Below the pieces are notes generated by a model. That model had not been told where the DNA came from. It did not search any database and saw only the letters and a list, made by a program, of their open reading frames with translations. This document shows, piece after piece, positions 30,975 to 47,607 of a stretch of 64,000 nucleotides of DNA; positions within the stretch are counted from its first letter, which is position 1; the number at the start of each line of letters is the position of its first letter. The DNA comes from the human T2T-CHM13v2.0 reference genome, Homo sapiens: the NCBI RefSeq assembly GCF_009914755.1, contig NC_060935.1; one strand, given 5' to 3'. A program made the position numbers and the translations under genes.

Positions 30975-31960
30975 GTGTTATGGTGCTTTGAGACTTGCCG
31001 GTAGAGGGATGGGGTCCTGGTGTATGGACAGCAGTGTGGATAAATCTCAGTAGCTGCAAGAAGCCGGGCAGTGAGCAGGGATAAAGAATTCACTGGGCAA
31101 AGGAACTTAGATCCAAGTCTTCCTGGAGGGTATTTAGTGAAGCCACGAGACTCGCCAAAGGTATGATGAGACAGGTATCATGCAGATATCATTTCCCAGG
31201 CCTGAGCACTGGCAGACAGAGGCAAAGGCAGAGAGCAAGAGGAAAACAGGGTGTGGGGGTCCCCATATTTCTCATCTGGACTGTACTGGGAACAACTCAC
31301 TAGGTTGGTAAAAGATTTACAGCCCTTGCTCATTTTGGTCTCTGGGGCAGCTCTCACAGATCTAATGGTGTGGTGTGGTCCAGCAGAGAGAGGCCCTGAG
31401 GTTTAGCTTTTCTGAGTCCCTTCAGTTCACAAGTTGAATAGGTGTGGAGTAGAAAGTCAGTAGCTCTGCTACTGGCTCAGCCATTGCAGAGTGAGGTGAC
31501 TCTCACAGTAGAGGTTAGGAGTAGATTGTCAAGCCAACAGACTGGAGAGCAAATGTGGTAGAGACCTAGGTTTTGCAGCTGGCAGATGCAGGCAGGGGAC
31601 CAAGCCAGCCAAGGGTCAATCCCAGGATCTGACAGAGCCAAGACAGGGTCTGAGTGACACTAGCACAGACTTTACCAGCACATAGGAGGACAAGAGGCAC
31701 TTCTCTGGAGACCAGAAGACAGAGAGGACACATTAGAGGACCCCAACTCTTCCCCTGTGCCTCATGTCCTGGAAATGACACCTCCTCCCTGCAACCCCCT
31801 ACTATCCCCCCATAAACCGAGATGCTAGTTTCGGAACCAAAACAGAAGGAGGGGAGGGCAACCTGAAAAGCTGAACATTTTGCTGGGGATTCTGAGCATT
31901 GCCTGATTGAGAATTGTATAAAATATTGGATTGAATGGAGTTTAATGACATTGGACATTA
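30975..31960. mobile_element. Possible ancient LTR (MamGypLTR-like)
   Basis: Purine-rich LTR-like text ending TTGGATTGAATGGAGTTTAATGAC; family not certain. Confidence 0.3.
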
Positions 31961-32075
31961 GTTAATTTTCCCACTAGCAGTTGAGGGTTCATGAGGACAA
32001 GAGTATAACAACAATATTAAACATTTTCTTTTTTCCTGTGTTCTTAACGAGAGTTTAATGTTGCCACATACACAC

Positions 32076-32442
32076 TGTATTAGTCCACTCTCGCACTGCT
32101 ATAAAGAACTATCTGAGACTGGGGAATTTATGAAGAAAAGATATTTAATTGACTCACAGTTCCACAGGCTGTACAGGAGGCATGGCTGGGGAGGCCTCAG
32201 GATACTTACAATTATGGCAGAAAGCACCTTCTTCACATGGTGGCAGAAGAGAAAAAGAGTGAAGGGGGAAGTGCTACACACTTTCAAACAACCAGATATC
32301 TTGAGAATTCACTCACTATCATGAGAACAGCAAGGGAACATCTGCCCCCATGATTCAATCACCTCCCACCAGGTCCCTCACCCAATATTGGGAATTACAA
32401 CTGGACATGAGATTTGGGTGGGGACAGAGCCAAACCATATCA
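32076..32442 (-). mobile_element. THE1D-like MaLR solo LTR
   Basis: TGTATTAGTCC...GAGATTTGGGTGGGGACAGAGCCAAACCATATCA; 5-bp TSD CACAC. Confidence 0.9.
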
Positions 32443-32479
32443 CACACACATAGTTATTCATATGATTAGTTTTAAAATT

Positions 32480-32660
32480 CCTACCTTCCTCATTAGACTG
32501 TAAACTCCTAAGTGCAGGGACTGCCATTTTACTCCCTGCTCTAGCCCCAGTGCAGGAAAGCAGGGATATATCTGCCTTAATATCCGTGGTATCTCCAGCA
32601 CTGAGAACAGTTCCTGGCATATTGTAGGCACTCAATCAATATTTTTGATGTTGAATTTTG
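32480..32660 (+). mobile_element. L2 3' end
   Basis: TTAGACTGTAAACTCC..GCAGGGAC...CCTGGCATATTGTAGGCACTCAAT. Confidence 0.7.
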
Positions 32661-32829
32661 CTCATAACTGCTTTTTGAATGAATTAATCAGTGAAAGAAA
32701 TGAGACAATCAAGTGAAAGGAATACTAGTCAGTGGTTTCCCTGGATTAACAACGAGAGACAGTGAGGATTTCACAACATAAAAGTACATTTCTATGGAAT
32801 CATTATTTTATACATTTCCAGACATATTG

Positions 32830-33060
32830 GACATAATAATACTTTACACGTGTGTAGTGCTTGCGGGTTCACAAAGGGCATTCCGCATATTGTACCATTT
32901 GATTCTTCAACAGCCCTGTAAGATAGGTCAGGTATATTAATATTTATTTTGTAGATCAGCTAACTGAGGTTCAAAGAGATTAATCAACTAACCAAAGGTG
33001 TAACGCATAGGAATCAGCAAACCCAGGGTTATAATCTAGATTTTCTTGCCCCCAGTTCAT
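32830..33060 (-). mobile_element. MIR
   Basis: CATTTGATTCTTCAACAGCCCTGTAAGATAGG...ACTGAGGTTCAAAGAGATTAA. Confidence 0.7.
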
Positions 33061-33799
33061 TGAGCCACACAGTAACAGCCAGACAGAAGTTTGGGGGACT
33101 GGCTAGGAGACAAGTGAGGAAGGTGCCCTGGGTGCTAGTTCATTATTCCCTTCCAGGATGCTGATCAGAATTCACCAGCATTTAAAGCTCCCTGGAGAGA
33201 AGTAGGGTCACTAAAGAGGGGAATATTTCAGCTAAAGCATTTCCCTCCTGTGCTGAGGTGAGTGTGCAGGCTTCATGCTTACCCCAGGGGGTCATGCTTA
33301 CCCCAGGTGGCTCTTCCAGGGCAATGGGAGGGGTGGGGTAGGAACTGGATTCCTCCTCTCCAACCCACACACAAGGAAAAGAATGTGACTCAATTCCTCT
33401 GTGTCCCCAAAATTGTGCCATGAAAGTGAGGTTCGGTTTCCTTAGCCAGCCTGCACTTTTAAGAGAAGACTTCATGCCCTTACTTTGCAGTAGGGACTGA
33501 GGGCTGCCTGAGCAAGGACTGTGACAGCGTTGAGAGACCTTTCCTTCAAAGAGGAGGCTGCATTGCTAGTGCTTTCACCAGCCTGAAGCTGAGAACCAAA
33601 GCGGACATCAGTGTCCTGTCCAATCCTGGCACTACCCAGACTGCCCTCAGAGTGGCAGTGTAGCCTTAATTAGCGGATGCTCAGCAACTGGCTGCCTGGA
33701 GGACACAGTAGTGACACTGCTTAACTAGAATGCAGCATCCAGCCTGCACCCTTTACAGATGAACACTGGCATTTCTACTATATAATGCAATTAGGTCTC

Positions 33800-34355
33800 C
33801 CATCATTCATCATTTATTCATTCTTTCAATTTTTGTGTCACTTAGCAGCTATGCATTGAAAGCCTACTAAGTGTAGGAGCTCTACCAGAGGTGCTGAGGA
33901 TACAAAGATTTTTTTTTTTTTAATAATTTACATGATGCTGTAAGACCTCTGGGAGCTCAATGCTTAGTGAGAGAGAGATTTGAAAATAGCAAATACTATG
34001 TAACTGGGGTAAGTGCTTAGCATAGCAGTGGTGGGAAGGAAGTGTTGTGCGATGCAGGACAGAATCCTTCAGGTCTCAGCTTAACTGTGACTTCTGCAGG
34101 GATGCTGTCTTTGTCTCCTAGACTAGGTTATGTAACCTCTTTTTTTCTGGTGTCTCAGATCCCTGTCTTTCTCCTGTTCTAACACTCAGCACTCTGTCTG
34201 GTTATTCCTTGTTTAATTGTCTATCTGTCCATTATAGATGTAACAAGCTACTCAAAAACAAGATCCATTTCTTTATTATTCTCCCCTATATCCCCAACAC
34301 CTACTAGAAAGTCTGGCTCATAGTAAGTGCTCAATAAATGCTTGTTGAATGAAGA
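33800..34355. mobile_element. Two opposed L2 fragments (minus about 33800-34050; plus about 34060-34355)
   Basis: CATTCATCATTTATTCATTC...GGTGCTGAGGATACAAAG; CATAGTAAGTGCTCAATAAATGCTTGTTGAATGAA. Confidence 0.7.
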
Positions 34356-36569
34356 TTAACAGATGTACAATCATTCCATGACATCTCAAGTATAAGAAAC
34401 ATTGTATGTCTTTATTTTTCTATATCAAATCAAATCTTAATTTGCCAAGATTAGTGACAATTCCAATATTCGCTTTTTAAATTTGCTTCCATCTCCTATG
34501 GATCATACTAAAATCCCAGTAGGTAAGCAGTTGAGGAAAATGGAAGTGAAAGGTCTCTGTCCCTTACATCTGCCTCTTGGGAAGCACAGGCTGAGATCTA
34601 GTCTATTGCTACCAGTCAGGCTTCTTGCGCCAGGCGGGTTATAGTTATACCTCTCACAGCAATCGCTCTACCCCTACGAGCACCACCACCCTCATCTAAG
34701 TTGTGTCCTCTTGTGATGCTTGCAAGCGGTGCACAGGTGCAAAGTGAGACCCAGAACACACTGAACATCCCAGCCTTCCCAGTCCCTGGGAAGTCACCTC
34801 CAGGATGGGGCCACTCCCCACTTTCCCACCAAGCATCATCCTCCTTCCCCTTGGAAAACTGTCCAAAGCACCTTGGTGGCTCTCCTTGCTATTATCTTGG
34901 AAGGAGGAGGTAAAGACACTTTCCAAGTTAATACTGATAAATTCACAGCTTTGAAAAGACAATATATCATTTAATTCTCAACAACTCTCCCTGTTACTAC
35001 ATAAATGAATATGTTATTTTGTGGAGGAATCTTTTAAAGGACATTCCATCTCCCTGTTAGAGGTAATGGAACTTCATACATCAACGAGCATCCATTATTT
35101 CTGAGCTAGTAACTTCCTTTGAGTCCCAGAAAAGAATACCTATGTGCTTGTGAGAATTAATGGAGATAATGTCTGACTGCACTTTCAGAACTAGAAGTAC
35201 TACACAAACGTAGAGTATTGTTGTCATCAGCTAGTGATTTCTATATTCTGCAGCCAGCAGAGAGACGACATGATAAATGACCTCCTTGGGGTCTGTTCCA
35301 ATTATCCCATGACAGCTTCCCCCCCTCCCCCCAAACGGTCCTTCAGCCATCCATTATTCTAGAATGCTTTTAACTCCCTAAAAAATCCATGTGTCACTGT
35401 TGCTTTCTCTTTCTCTCTTTCTTACTGATTCCTAATTCAAACCTGAGACTGAGGTACTCAAGCCCAAACCACTTGTAAGGGGAATAGACTTTACTGGTCC
35501 CTTTTAATTCTAAAATTCCTTGACTTCTCAAAGCTCCTATATGTGAATGAAAGCAAATCCGTTGTCTCTCCTCTTTTCATTCATTCACTCATTTGGATAA
35601 TATTTATTTAGCACCTATTCTGTGTAAGGCACCATTCTATGCATTTCTCATGTTTATAATTGCCTACACACACACCTATTTGACATTTCTACTAACGCCT
35701 GAAATTTAGCACAGTGTTTGAGCTTGCAGTGCTCTCCCACAACCACCACTGTCAATTCTTCCCTCCGAGCCCCACCTACTGGCTACTTCATGTTTTTCTC
35801 TGCTTTATCTTGGTGTCCTTGGATGCCTTACCGCTAGTGTGTCTCCACTTCTATGTCAAGGTTCTTGTCTGTTACGGTGTTTATTGTGTTTACATTGTTT
35901 GTTCAAGGAGAACATTCAGAAACCCTGAGATAAAATAGTGAGAAACAGAGCATTGAGATAAGTGATGGGATTAAAAACCCAGTGAGATACAAAATTAAAT
36001 TAAATGTTTATCTCAGAAAGTGGGACCTGCTTTGTTTTATTTCTAGCCAAAGAAATACCAGTCATGACTTATCGAAGCAGAGAGTTAAATCTGGGGCAAA
36101 TACTCAGGCTTAACGTACACTTCTACATTGTGTGTATAAAGGCACAGTTTCATTCATTTTGAAGAAAGGCGGACCCACCAATATGCTATTTGTACTGTAC
36201 TCCTCTTGATATCATTCAAATCACTCCTCGCTTGTTTGTCTGGAAACTGACCTGCCCCTTTTGTTGAACGTCTGACTCCCAATTCACATGGTTTGGTGGG
36301 AGTGGTCATTTTATAGAATGTGATCCTGTTCTCTAGTCATAGCTTTTATGGACAGGAAAGGTATCTGGCCTGGGAACTTTGGAACTAGGACTAGGAAGGA
36401 AGAGAATGGTTTCCCCTGCTTTCCTATAAAACATGTGAGCAGTGGACAGCCATGCTCTGGTATATAGATTGTGAGAGCAGAAAATGATGCAGATGTAGTC
36501 GTTGACACATGTTGAGCCCCCAGCATGGGACAAGCACAGCTGGGAGTGCTTGACAAGTATTACATTTTG

Positions 36570-36715
36570 ACTTCTCAGGTGCATTTCACAGAAGAGGGCC
36601 TGAGGCACAGAGAGGTTCAGGAAGCTGCCCAAAGTAAAACAGAAGTTAATGGATTTGAGAAATCAACCCAGGGATTCTGGCTCCAGCATCTCTGCATATA
36701 ACCACTGTGCCCCAT
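36570..36715 (-). mobile_element. MIR
   Basis: CTGAGGCACAGAGAGGTTCAGGAAGCTGCCCAAAGT...AACCCAGG..TCTGGCTCCA. Confidence 0.65.
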
Positions 36716-37007
36716 AACCTCTGGTCCCCAGATACCAGCTTTCTGGGGCTTGATCCCACCAGTCTCTGGCCAATTTTTCATCATCTGATTATGGCCTCAC
36801 TTTGCTTGGAACTGTCTTTCTTCTTCAAACTTTGGCTTTTCCCATTTGGAGTGTGATTTTGTCCCTCCCCACATATACATTAACACAATCTCCAGCTACC
36901 CAGGGAGAAAAACCTTCCTGGTTCCACATGACCCCCAGGAATGGTGAGGAGCAACTCCCTTGTGAAAGTGGGACCTAAATAAAACCTTGGTAAATGCAGC
37001 AAATGGA

Positions 37008-37530
37008 TAACTTTTATTAAGAAAAACTCTTTTTCATGAAAATGGTGCATAAATCCTAAGTGTATAGTTCAATATATATCACAAAATGAACATAGCTGTG
37101 AAACCAAGTCAAGATATAGAATGCTACCAGCCCCTCAAAAGACCCCCTCATGCCCTCTGCCAAACACTCTCCCTCTCTCCCATCCTAAAGTGAACCACTT
37201 CAAAACTCTGCATTAACTTTGTCTAGTTTTGAACTTTATGTAAATGGAACCCATTATGCATTCTTGCTTATCTGGATTCTTGTGCTCATTGTTAGCTTGT
37301 GAGATTCATCCAAGTGGTTCCGTGTAGCTGTGTTTTGTCAGCTTTCATAATGTACAGCATCCTGTTGTAGGAATATACCACAATATATTGATCCATTCTC
37401 CTGTTGATGGACATTTAGGTTGTTTCCAATTTGAAGCTATTACGAATGGCGCTACCATGAATGTTATCCTCCATGTCTTTTGGTGAACAAGCGCGTAATT
37501 CGTGTTGGGTATATACCTGGGAGTATAAAA
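37008..37530 (-). mobile_element. Ancient L1ME 3' fragment
   Basis: TTTTGAACTTTATGTAAATGGAA; CTGTTGATGGACATTTAGGTTGTTTCCA; GGGTATATACCTGGGAGT. Confidence 0.75.
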
Positions 37531-39091
37531 GGAGAACTTTTAACCTACAGAACAGGGATTTATGCAGGGATGGTGAATGGGATATACTTGATAGTGGGAT
37601 CATAGTGAAAACAATTTCTGACAAAGGAGGATATCTTCAGGCTATTGCTCCAAAGAGAGATGTTTTTTTCTTCCATTTAATTCAGGGAAGCTTATAAAAG
37701 CCCCTTTGGAAAAAAATGATCTTTGCAGAAGGTGTTCATGAGCAGAGAGCATTTTCTTTCAGAGTACACTCATACTTGAGGGACACTATACCTGCCATTA
37801 TGTGGGTTTCTCTCATAGTGAATAGGAACAGAAATAAAGGAATAGAAGTGCATGTGATGGAATGCGTGTGGTTACCATGCAAAGGTGTGAAATTTCAGCC
37901 ATCTTAAGTCTGAGAACTCTGCAAACCAGCCTAATCACAGGGAAGCAATTCATCTGCAGTGGAATGCTGAGGACTAAGCTAGAGCAGCACTTTGAGTGAA
38001 ACAAAGAAGTGTAACATCTAACAGCAGGATAGGAGAAATGAAAAATTCCAGACAAGTACCAGCACAGGCAGAATGCTAGACATTCTGGCTAAGGCATTCA
38101 CCAGGTTTCGCTCATCAGAATGCAATGTCCATGAAGGCAGGGACTTTCTCTCTCCAATCAACATGGTATCCCCAGCATTTAGTCAGGGCTTGGTGTAGAA
38201 TGGGAGCTTAATATTTATTGAGTGAAACATGAATAGTATGTTGGTTCAGAAGGGATGATTATACCAAAACCATAGCTAATCACTTGCAGTGCATGTCTTT
38301 ATGCTTAAGTATTAGTAAGTACTCTATAATTCATTTTGAAGGATAAAATGAATATGCCAATGATTGATACTTGTTATATTAGGTAGGTTACTAACTCAAC
38401 TAGCAGAAAACTTCTGAATCTGCTTCTTTCTATCAGACTCTGTGTAATCTTCTAAAGGTAGACGACTTTGAATAGCTGGGTTGTTGTCTTTTCCTTTTGT
38501 GGTTTATAAATAACTGATTGCTCCTGAATAGCACTGTTAGTTTCAACATTTCCTGATTGGAACCACTTCCACTGATAAGGGAAAACCAGAAGAACTTTCT
38601 TCTGAAAACTTAATTTTTAGTCATAGAATCTTGAGTGATTAAAGAAAATAAAAGGCCCTGGATAATATAATTTTTATAATGTTGTTTTTCTTCTTTTTGC
38701 TTTTTTACTTTCATTCTTTTGGTGAAGGGGTATATATTAGGGAGAATATATGGCTGTTTGGAAGAGATTGGAAATAGTATAATTTTGTATCCTGTAAAAT
38801 TTTTCAGTATTCCTCTGGCAAGATGATCTCTGCCAGACTCTCTCTATATATTTTTAAATTATCTCAGTGTTCTAGGTGTTATAGGTCAGAGGAATGTGTT
38901 CTTATGACATAGATACTTCATTCTCCAATGAGGGGCTGCTATCTTTCTTCTGGGATTCTCACACTGTTTGAATATAAATCTGTACTAGTCAGGGATATTG
39001 CTGCCATCACGTGGATATGATCTCACTGAGAATGAAACTAACGTAGAAGAAAGCAAAGATAAGAGAGGGGAGAGCAAGCGCACAAGAGGTA

Positions 39092-39636
39092 TTGTGTATG
39101 TAGTGCTATTCAGCCATAAAAAAAAAAAGATGACATTCAGTCATTTGAAATAATAGAAATTGAACTGGAGATCATTGCGTTTAGTGAAATAAGCCAGACA
39201 CAGAAAGACAAACATCTCAGGTTCTCACTTACTTGTGGGATCTAAAAATCAAAACAATTGAACTCATGGACATGGAAAGTAGAAGGACAGTTACCAGATG
39301 CTGGGGAGGATAGTGGCAGGCTGGCAGGGAGGTGGGATAGTTAATGAACACACACACACAAAAAAATGAATGAATATGACCTACTATTTGATAGCACAAA
39401 TGGATGACTATAGTCAATAACTTAGTTGTACATTTTAAAATAACTTAAAGAGTGTAATTGGATTATTTGTAACTCAAAGGATAAATGGTTGAGGCAATGG
39501 ATACCCCAATTTCCGTAATGTGCTTACTTCACATTGCATGCCTGTATCAAAACATCTCATGTACCCTATAAATACATATACCAACTATGTACCCACAAAA
39601 ATTTTAAAAACTTAAAAAAAGTTAAAATAAAAAAAG
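39092..39636 (+). mobile_element. L1MA1/2-like 3' end, inserted in an MLT1-like LTR (about 38980-39090 and 39640-39775)
   Basis: CACATTGCATGCCTGTATCAAAACATCTCATGTACC...ATGTACCCACAAAA plus A tail; TSD-like AAG(AG/TA)GTATTG. Confidence 0.85.
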
Positions 39637-40228
39637 TAGTATTGATTGACATCCTAGATGAAGCTACACCTGGATTCAGCTGTGTCTGTTCCTCCTCAAC
39701 TTACCAGTTTCATGTGCAAAACAGTTTGAACTAGGTTTCCTGATGCTTGTCTGCAAAAGATTATTCACTGATATCGAGAGAGATGTTACTTGTTGAAGTA
39801 AAGAGTGAAGATTTGTTCTACATCCTATTCTCTTACCTCCTGTGCTGCACTGAAGGAAGGAGCAGAGCTGAAAATGAACTTGATAAAATACACAAGATTA
39901 AAATTATTATACAAAAATAAAATAGATTTGAGAACCAGAGCAATGTCCAATGCTTGTGATGAATCTTAGATAAATAATGGCTGCTAGACAAATAAAAAGG
40001 ACAATATTCTGAAAGAAAAATGTCATTTTATTCCTTCTATGTGTACACCGACATCGCTTTGCATCACAGCCTTTTTCATCTAATGTGGCAAAATCTGTGT
40101 CTCTCTAATGTATTTGTGTGAAGTTCTCAGCATAGAGACATTACTATGGCCAGGTGATATAAATCAATGATTCTTAACTTGGGTACTGTATACTATGCAG
40201 AGAGGGCTTAAAAATGTTGCCTGGAGTT

Positions 40229-40538
<310 letters not shown>

Positions 40539-41039
40539 CTATGAACCAATAGGCATCGTGTCAGGCTAGAAGTAGATCTCAATAAAGCTTTGTGATTCAA
40601 TGAATGAATATACACATAAGGCATTACCAATGACATTACAAATGAAATACTTGACACATACGGATACATTCTTTTGTTTTACAAGTAGAAAGATGTGTTG
40701 TAATTAATAAAATAATAAAATAAAAATTCATTAAAGAACCTTACTGATTTAATAAAAGCTTCTCCCGTCTCAATTAATAGACACTCAAGTAATAGCTACC
40801 AAAATAATTGCTGGTGTTTGACACTTTTCATGTTAAAAATGCAACATCAAACTTGAAAAGTTTGGAAACCACCATACCGATTATAAGTTTCTTGAAGTCA
40901 GAAACACATCCCCCAGCACTCCTACTATAGTGTTTTGCGTGTACTCAAAATTATATAATACACAGAATACAAGGCTGACAATAAATCATATTACAGGAGA
41001 ATACTCACTTCCCCTACCATTTTAAATTTATGATTGAAA

Positions 41040-43300
<2,261 letters not shown>

Positions 43301-43304
43301 ACTT

Positions 43305-46300
43305 TTATTTTTTATGGCTAAATCATAGTTATAAATATTTATGGGGTATAATATGATATTTTGATATATGTATACAAAGTTGCATTATTAAATCAAGCTA
43401 ATTAACATATCTATTACCTTGCTTACCTATCACTGTTTTATAGTGCGATATTTCAAATTTATTCTCTTTGTTATTTTAAAATACATTACATTATTATTGA
43501 CTATAGTCACCCTGGAGTGAAATAAATCTCAAAATCTATTCCTCCTGTATCTGAAACTTTGTACCCTTTGATTAACAACTTCTCATTCCTCTGTCTATCT
43601 GAAACTTTGTACCCTTTGATCAGCAACTCCTGATTTCCTCCCTCCTCAGCCTCCCTCTCCACCCACCCCCCCAGCCTTTGGTAACTATCATTCTACTCTC
43701 TACTTCCATGAGTTTAACTTTACTAGATCCCACATGTAAGTGATCATGTGGTATTTGTCTTTCTGCGCACACCTCATTTCACTTGGCATAATGGCCTTCA
43801 GATTCATTTATGTTGTTGCAAATGACAGGATTTCCTTCCTTTTAAGGCTGAATACTATTCCACTGTGTACATATACCACATTTTCTTTATCCATTTATTC
43901 ACTGATGGACACATATTGTTTGCACATCTTGGCTATTGTGAATAATGCTACAATGAACATGGGAATGCAGATATCTCTTTGATATAAGTATTTCAATTCC
44001 TCTGGATATATAGCCAGAAGTGGATTACTGGGTCATATGGTAGTTGCAGTTTTAGCTTTTTAAAGAACCTCTATACCATTTTCCACAATGGCTTATATTA
44101 TTTTACATCCCCACCAGCAATATATAAGAGTTCCCTTCTCAAGTATTCAGACAGGAAAGGAGGAAGTCAAGTTGTCTCTGTTTGCAGATGACGTGATTGT
44201 ATATTTAGAAAACATTTCATCTCAAACCATCTCAGCCCAGAATCTCTTTAACCTGATAAGCAATTTCGGCAAAGTCTCAGGATACAAAATCAATGTGCAA
44301 AAATCACAAGCATTCCTATACACCAATAACAGACAAACAGAGAGCCAAATCAGGAGTGAACTCCCATTTACAATTGCTACAAAGAGAATAAAATACCTAG
44401 GAATACAACTTATAAGGGATGTGAAGGACCTCTTCAAGGAGAACTACAAATCACTGCTCAAGGAAATAAGAGATGACACAAATAAATGGAAAAACATTCC
44501 ATGCTCATGGATAGGAAGAATCAATATCGTGAAAATGGCCATACTGCTCAAAGTAATTTATAGATTCAATGCTATCCTGATCAAGTTACCATTGACTTTC
44601 TTCACAGAATTGGAAAAAGCTACTTTAAACTTCATATGGAACCAAAAGAAAAAAAAAAAAAGCCCGCATAGCCAAAACAATTCTAAGCAAAAAGAACAAA
44701 GCTGGAGGCATCATGCTATACTATACCTGCCTTCAAACTATACCACAAGGCTACAGTAACCAAAACAACATGGTATTGGTACCAAAACAGACATATTGAC
44801 CAATGGAACAGAACAGAGGACTAAGAAATAACACTGCACATCTATAACCATCTGATCTTTGACAAACCTGACAAAAACAAGCAATGGGGAAAGGATTCCC
44901 TATTTAATAAATGGTGTTTGAAAAACTGACTAGCCATATACAGAAAACTGAAACTGGACCCCTTCCTTACACCCTATACAAAAATTAACTCAAGATGGAT
45001 TAAAGACTTAAGCATAAGACCTAAAACCATAAAAATCCTAGAAGAAAACCTAGGCATTACCATTCAGGACATAGGCATGTGTAAAGACTTCAGGTCTAAA
45101 ACACCAAAAGCAATCGCAACAAAAGCCAAAATTGACAAATGGGATCTAATTTAACTAAAGAGCCTCCGCACAGCAAAAGAAACTAGCATCAGAGTGAGCA
45201 GTCAACCTACAGAATGGGAGAAAATTTTTGCAATCTACCCATCTGACAAAGGGCTAATATCTAGAATCTACAAAGAACTTAAGCAAATTTACAAGAAAAA
45301 AAACAACCCCATCAAAAAGCGGGCAAAGGATATGAACAGACACTTCTCAAAAGAAGACATTTATGCAGCCAACAAACATATGAAAAAATGCTCATCACCA
45401 CTGGTCATTAGAGAAATGCAAATCAAAACCACAATGAGATACTATCTCACACCAGTTAGAATGGCAATCATTAAAAAGTCAGGAAACAACAGATGCTGGC
45501 ATGGATGTGGATAAATAGGCATGCTTTTACATTGTTGGTGGGAGTGTAAATTTGTTCAACCATTATGGAAGACAGTGTGGCAATTCCTCAAGGATCTAGA
45601 ACTGGAAATACCATTTGTCCCAGCAATCCCATTACTAGGTATATACTGAAAGGAATTTAAATCATTCTACCATAAAGACACACACACACTTAGGTTTATT
45701 GCAGCACTATTCACAACAGCAAAGACTTGGAACCAACCCAAATGTCCATCAATGAGAGACTGGATGAAGAAAATGTGGCACGTATACACCATGGAATACT
45801 ATGCAGCCATAAAAAAGGATGAGTTCATGTACTTCCCAGGGACATGGATGAAGCTGGAAACCATCATTCTCAGCAAACTAACACAAGAACAGAAAACCAA
45901 ACACTGCATGTTCTCACTCATAAGTTGGAGTTGAACAACGTGAACACATGGACACAGGGAGGGGAACATCACACACTGGGGCCTGTTCGGGGTGGGGAGC
46001 TAGGGGAGGGATAGCATTAGGAGAAATACCTAATGTAGATGACAGGTTGATGGGTGCAGCAAACCACCAGGGCACGTGTATACCTATATAGCAAAACTGC
46101 ACGTTCTGCACATGTACCCCAGAACTTAAAGTGTATTTAAAAAAGAGTCCCCTTTTCTTCACATCCTTTCTAACACTTGTCTTTCCTTTTCTTTCCTTTC
46201 TTTTTTCTTTTTTTTTGATAACAGCCATTTTAATAGGTGTGAGATGATATCTAATTGTGGTTTTAATTTGCATTTCCCTAATTATTAATGATAACTGAGC

Positions 46301-46575
46301 ATTTTCATGTACCTATTAGCCATTTGTATGTTCTCTTTTGAGTAATGTCTATTTAGTCTTTTGCCTGTTTTTTTTAAATCAGGTTGTTTTCTTGCTATTG
46401 AGTCATTTGAGTTCCTTACCTATTTTGAATATTAAGCCTTATCAAATGTATGGTTTGCAAATATTTCTTCCCATTCTGTGGGTTGTCTCTTTACTTTGTT
46501 AGTTGTTTCCTTTGCTTAGTTTCATACCATCCCATTGGTCTATTTTTGTTTTGTTGCCTGTGGTTTTGGGAGTCT
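43305..46575 (-). mobile_element. L1MA (L1MA5-7-like) 3' fragment split by an L1PA
   Basis: Antisense 3'UTR at 43305-44140 continues at 46143-46575; TSD-like GGGAC(C/T)ACTTT. Confidence 0.8.
44141..46142 (+). mobile_element. 5'-truncated L1PA (L1PA6-8-like): ORF2 RT to 3'UTR
   Basis: ORF 44088-44759 contains [14 protein letters not shown]; 3' end CCCAGAACTTAAAG; 15-bp TSD AAGAGT(T/C)CCCTT(C/T)TC; frameshifted. Confidence 0.93.
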
Positions 46576-47129
46576 GGGACTACTTTAAATTAAATTCATG
46601 TGTTGCGGGTATTTTGTACCTCCTAGTTGAAATAAATTTGGGCTGCAAAACTGTTTGAAGGCCAATTACTCTGGGACTAATTTCTCCTCCCTTCTACCAC
46701 ATATTCACATTCTGATCAGCACCAAGGCAGCCTTCTTTGTAGTCCACAGGGAAAGTGATGAGGATGAATTTGCTGTGGTTCACTCTTATTTTGAAAGTAT
46801 AAACCTTTGGCATTCCAACTTAATGTTGGAGCAGGTTCCCTTTAAATCCCACATTTTAGGTAGGCTCTGGGCTTTTATTTCTGTTTTCTTCACTCCGTGA
46901 TACATTAAAAGCAAAGGTCACATTTTTCTGGATTGCCAAAAATACTTAAGATAGAAGTGGCTTCCATGTTCTGCCAAACTCTCTGGGTTCCTGTTTTCTC
47001 ATAGGTTTTTGTCTGGTAATTTTTTATAATCTGGTCAACTCTTTAATTAATTTAAATAACATTTAGCAAGCCATATCTAGCATTTTTATTTTCAATAGTA
47101 AGATTAGTATGAGTAATTTATTCACTGTA

Positions 47130-47607
47130 AGAGGTTTCAAACATCACGACAAATTTTTTGCAATCTATGGAAGCCCCTTTTTAATATGTATTTGTCAATT
47201 TTCCCATCAGGAAATGAAGTCTATTATTCTACACCTTGAATCTAGGCTTGGCTATGTGGTTTGCTTTGGCCAATGGAATATAAGCAAAAGAAATGGAAGC
47301 AGAGACTTGAGAAGGACTTCTGCATTGGGACTTTCCCCCTCTTGGTTCTCTTGGGGACTCTTTGATCACTACCATGTAAATAAGCCTAAGCTAACCTGCT
47401 GGATTTTGAGTTACTTTCAACACCCCTGCCAACAGACAACCATCATCAGATATTTTAGTGAAGAGGCAACCCAGCCAATACCATGTGGAGAACAGACAAG
47501 CCATCCCACCTGAGCCCTGACTGCCAACCCATAGAATTGGGAGCAAATAAGTAATGTAAGTTGCTTAGTTTTAAGATGAGTTGTTATGGAGCAAAAGCTA
47601 ACTGATA
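47130..47607 (+). mobile_element. MaLR LTR (MLT1G/H-like)
   Basis: CCTTGAATCTAGGCTTGGCTATGTGGTTTGCTTTGGCCAATGGAAT...GTTGTTATGGAGCAAAAGCTAACTGATA. Confidence 0.7.

Noticed and set aside
33274-33338. G-quadruplex-like GGGCAATGGGAGGGGTGGGG and a short TCATGCTTACCCC duplication
   Set aside because: Single common motif with no promoter or CpG-island context
37461-37697. 78-aa ORF with an enzyme-like look (DILDSGIIVKTISDKGG)
   Set aside because: Starts in antisense L1; no splice or homology support
44088-44759. 223-aa ORF with FADD reverse-transcriptase motif
   Set aside because: Fragment of a 5'-truncated, frameshifted L1PA ORF2 whose start codon lies in flanking antisense L1
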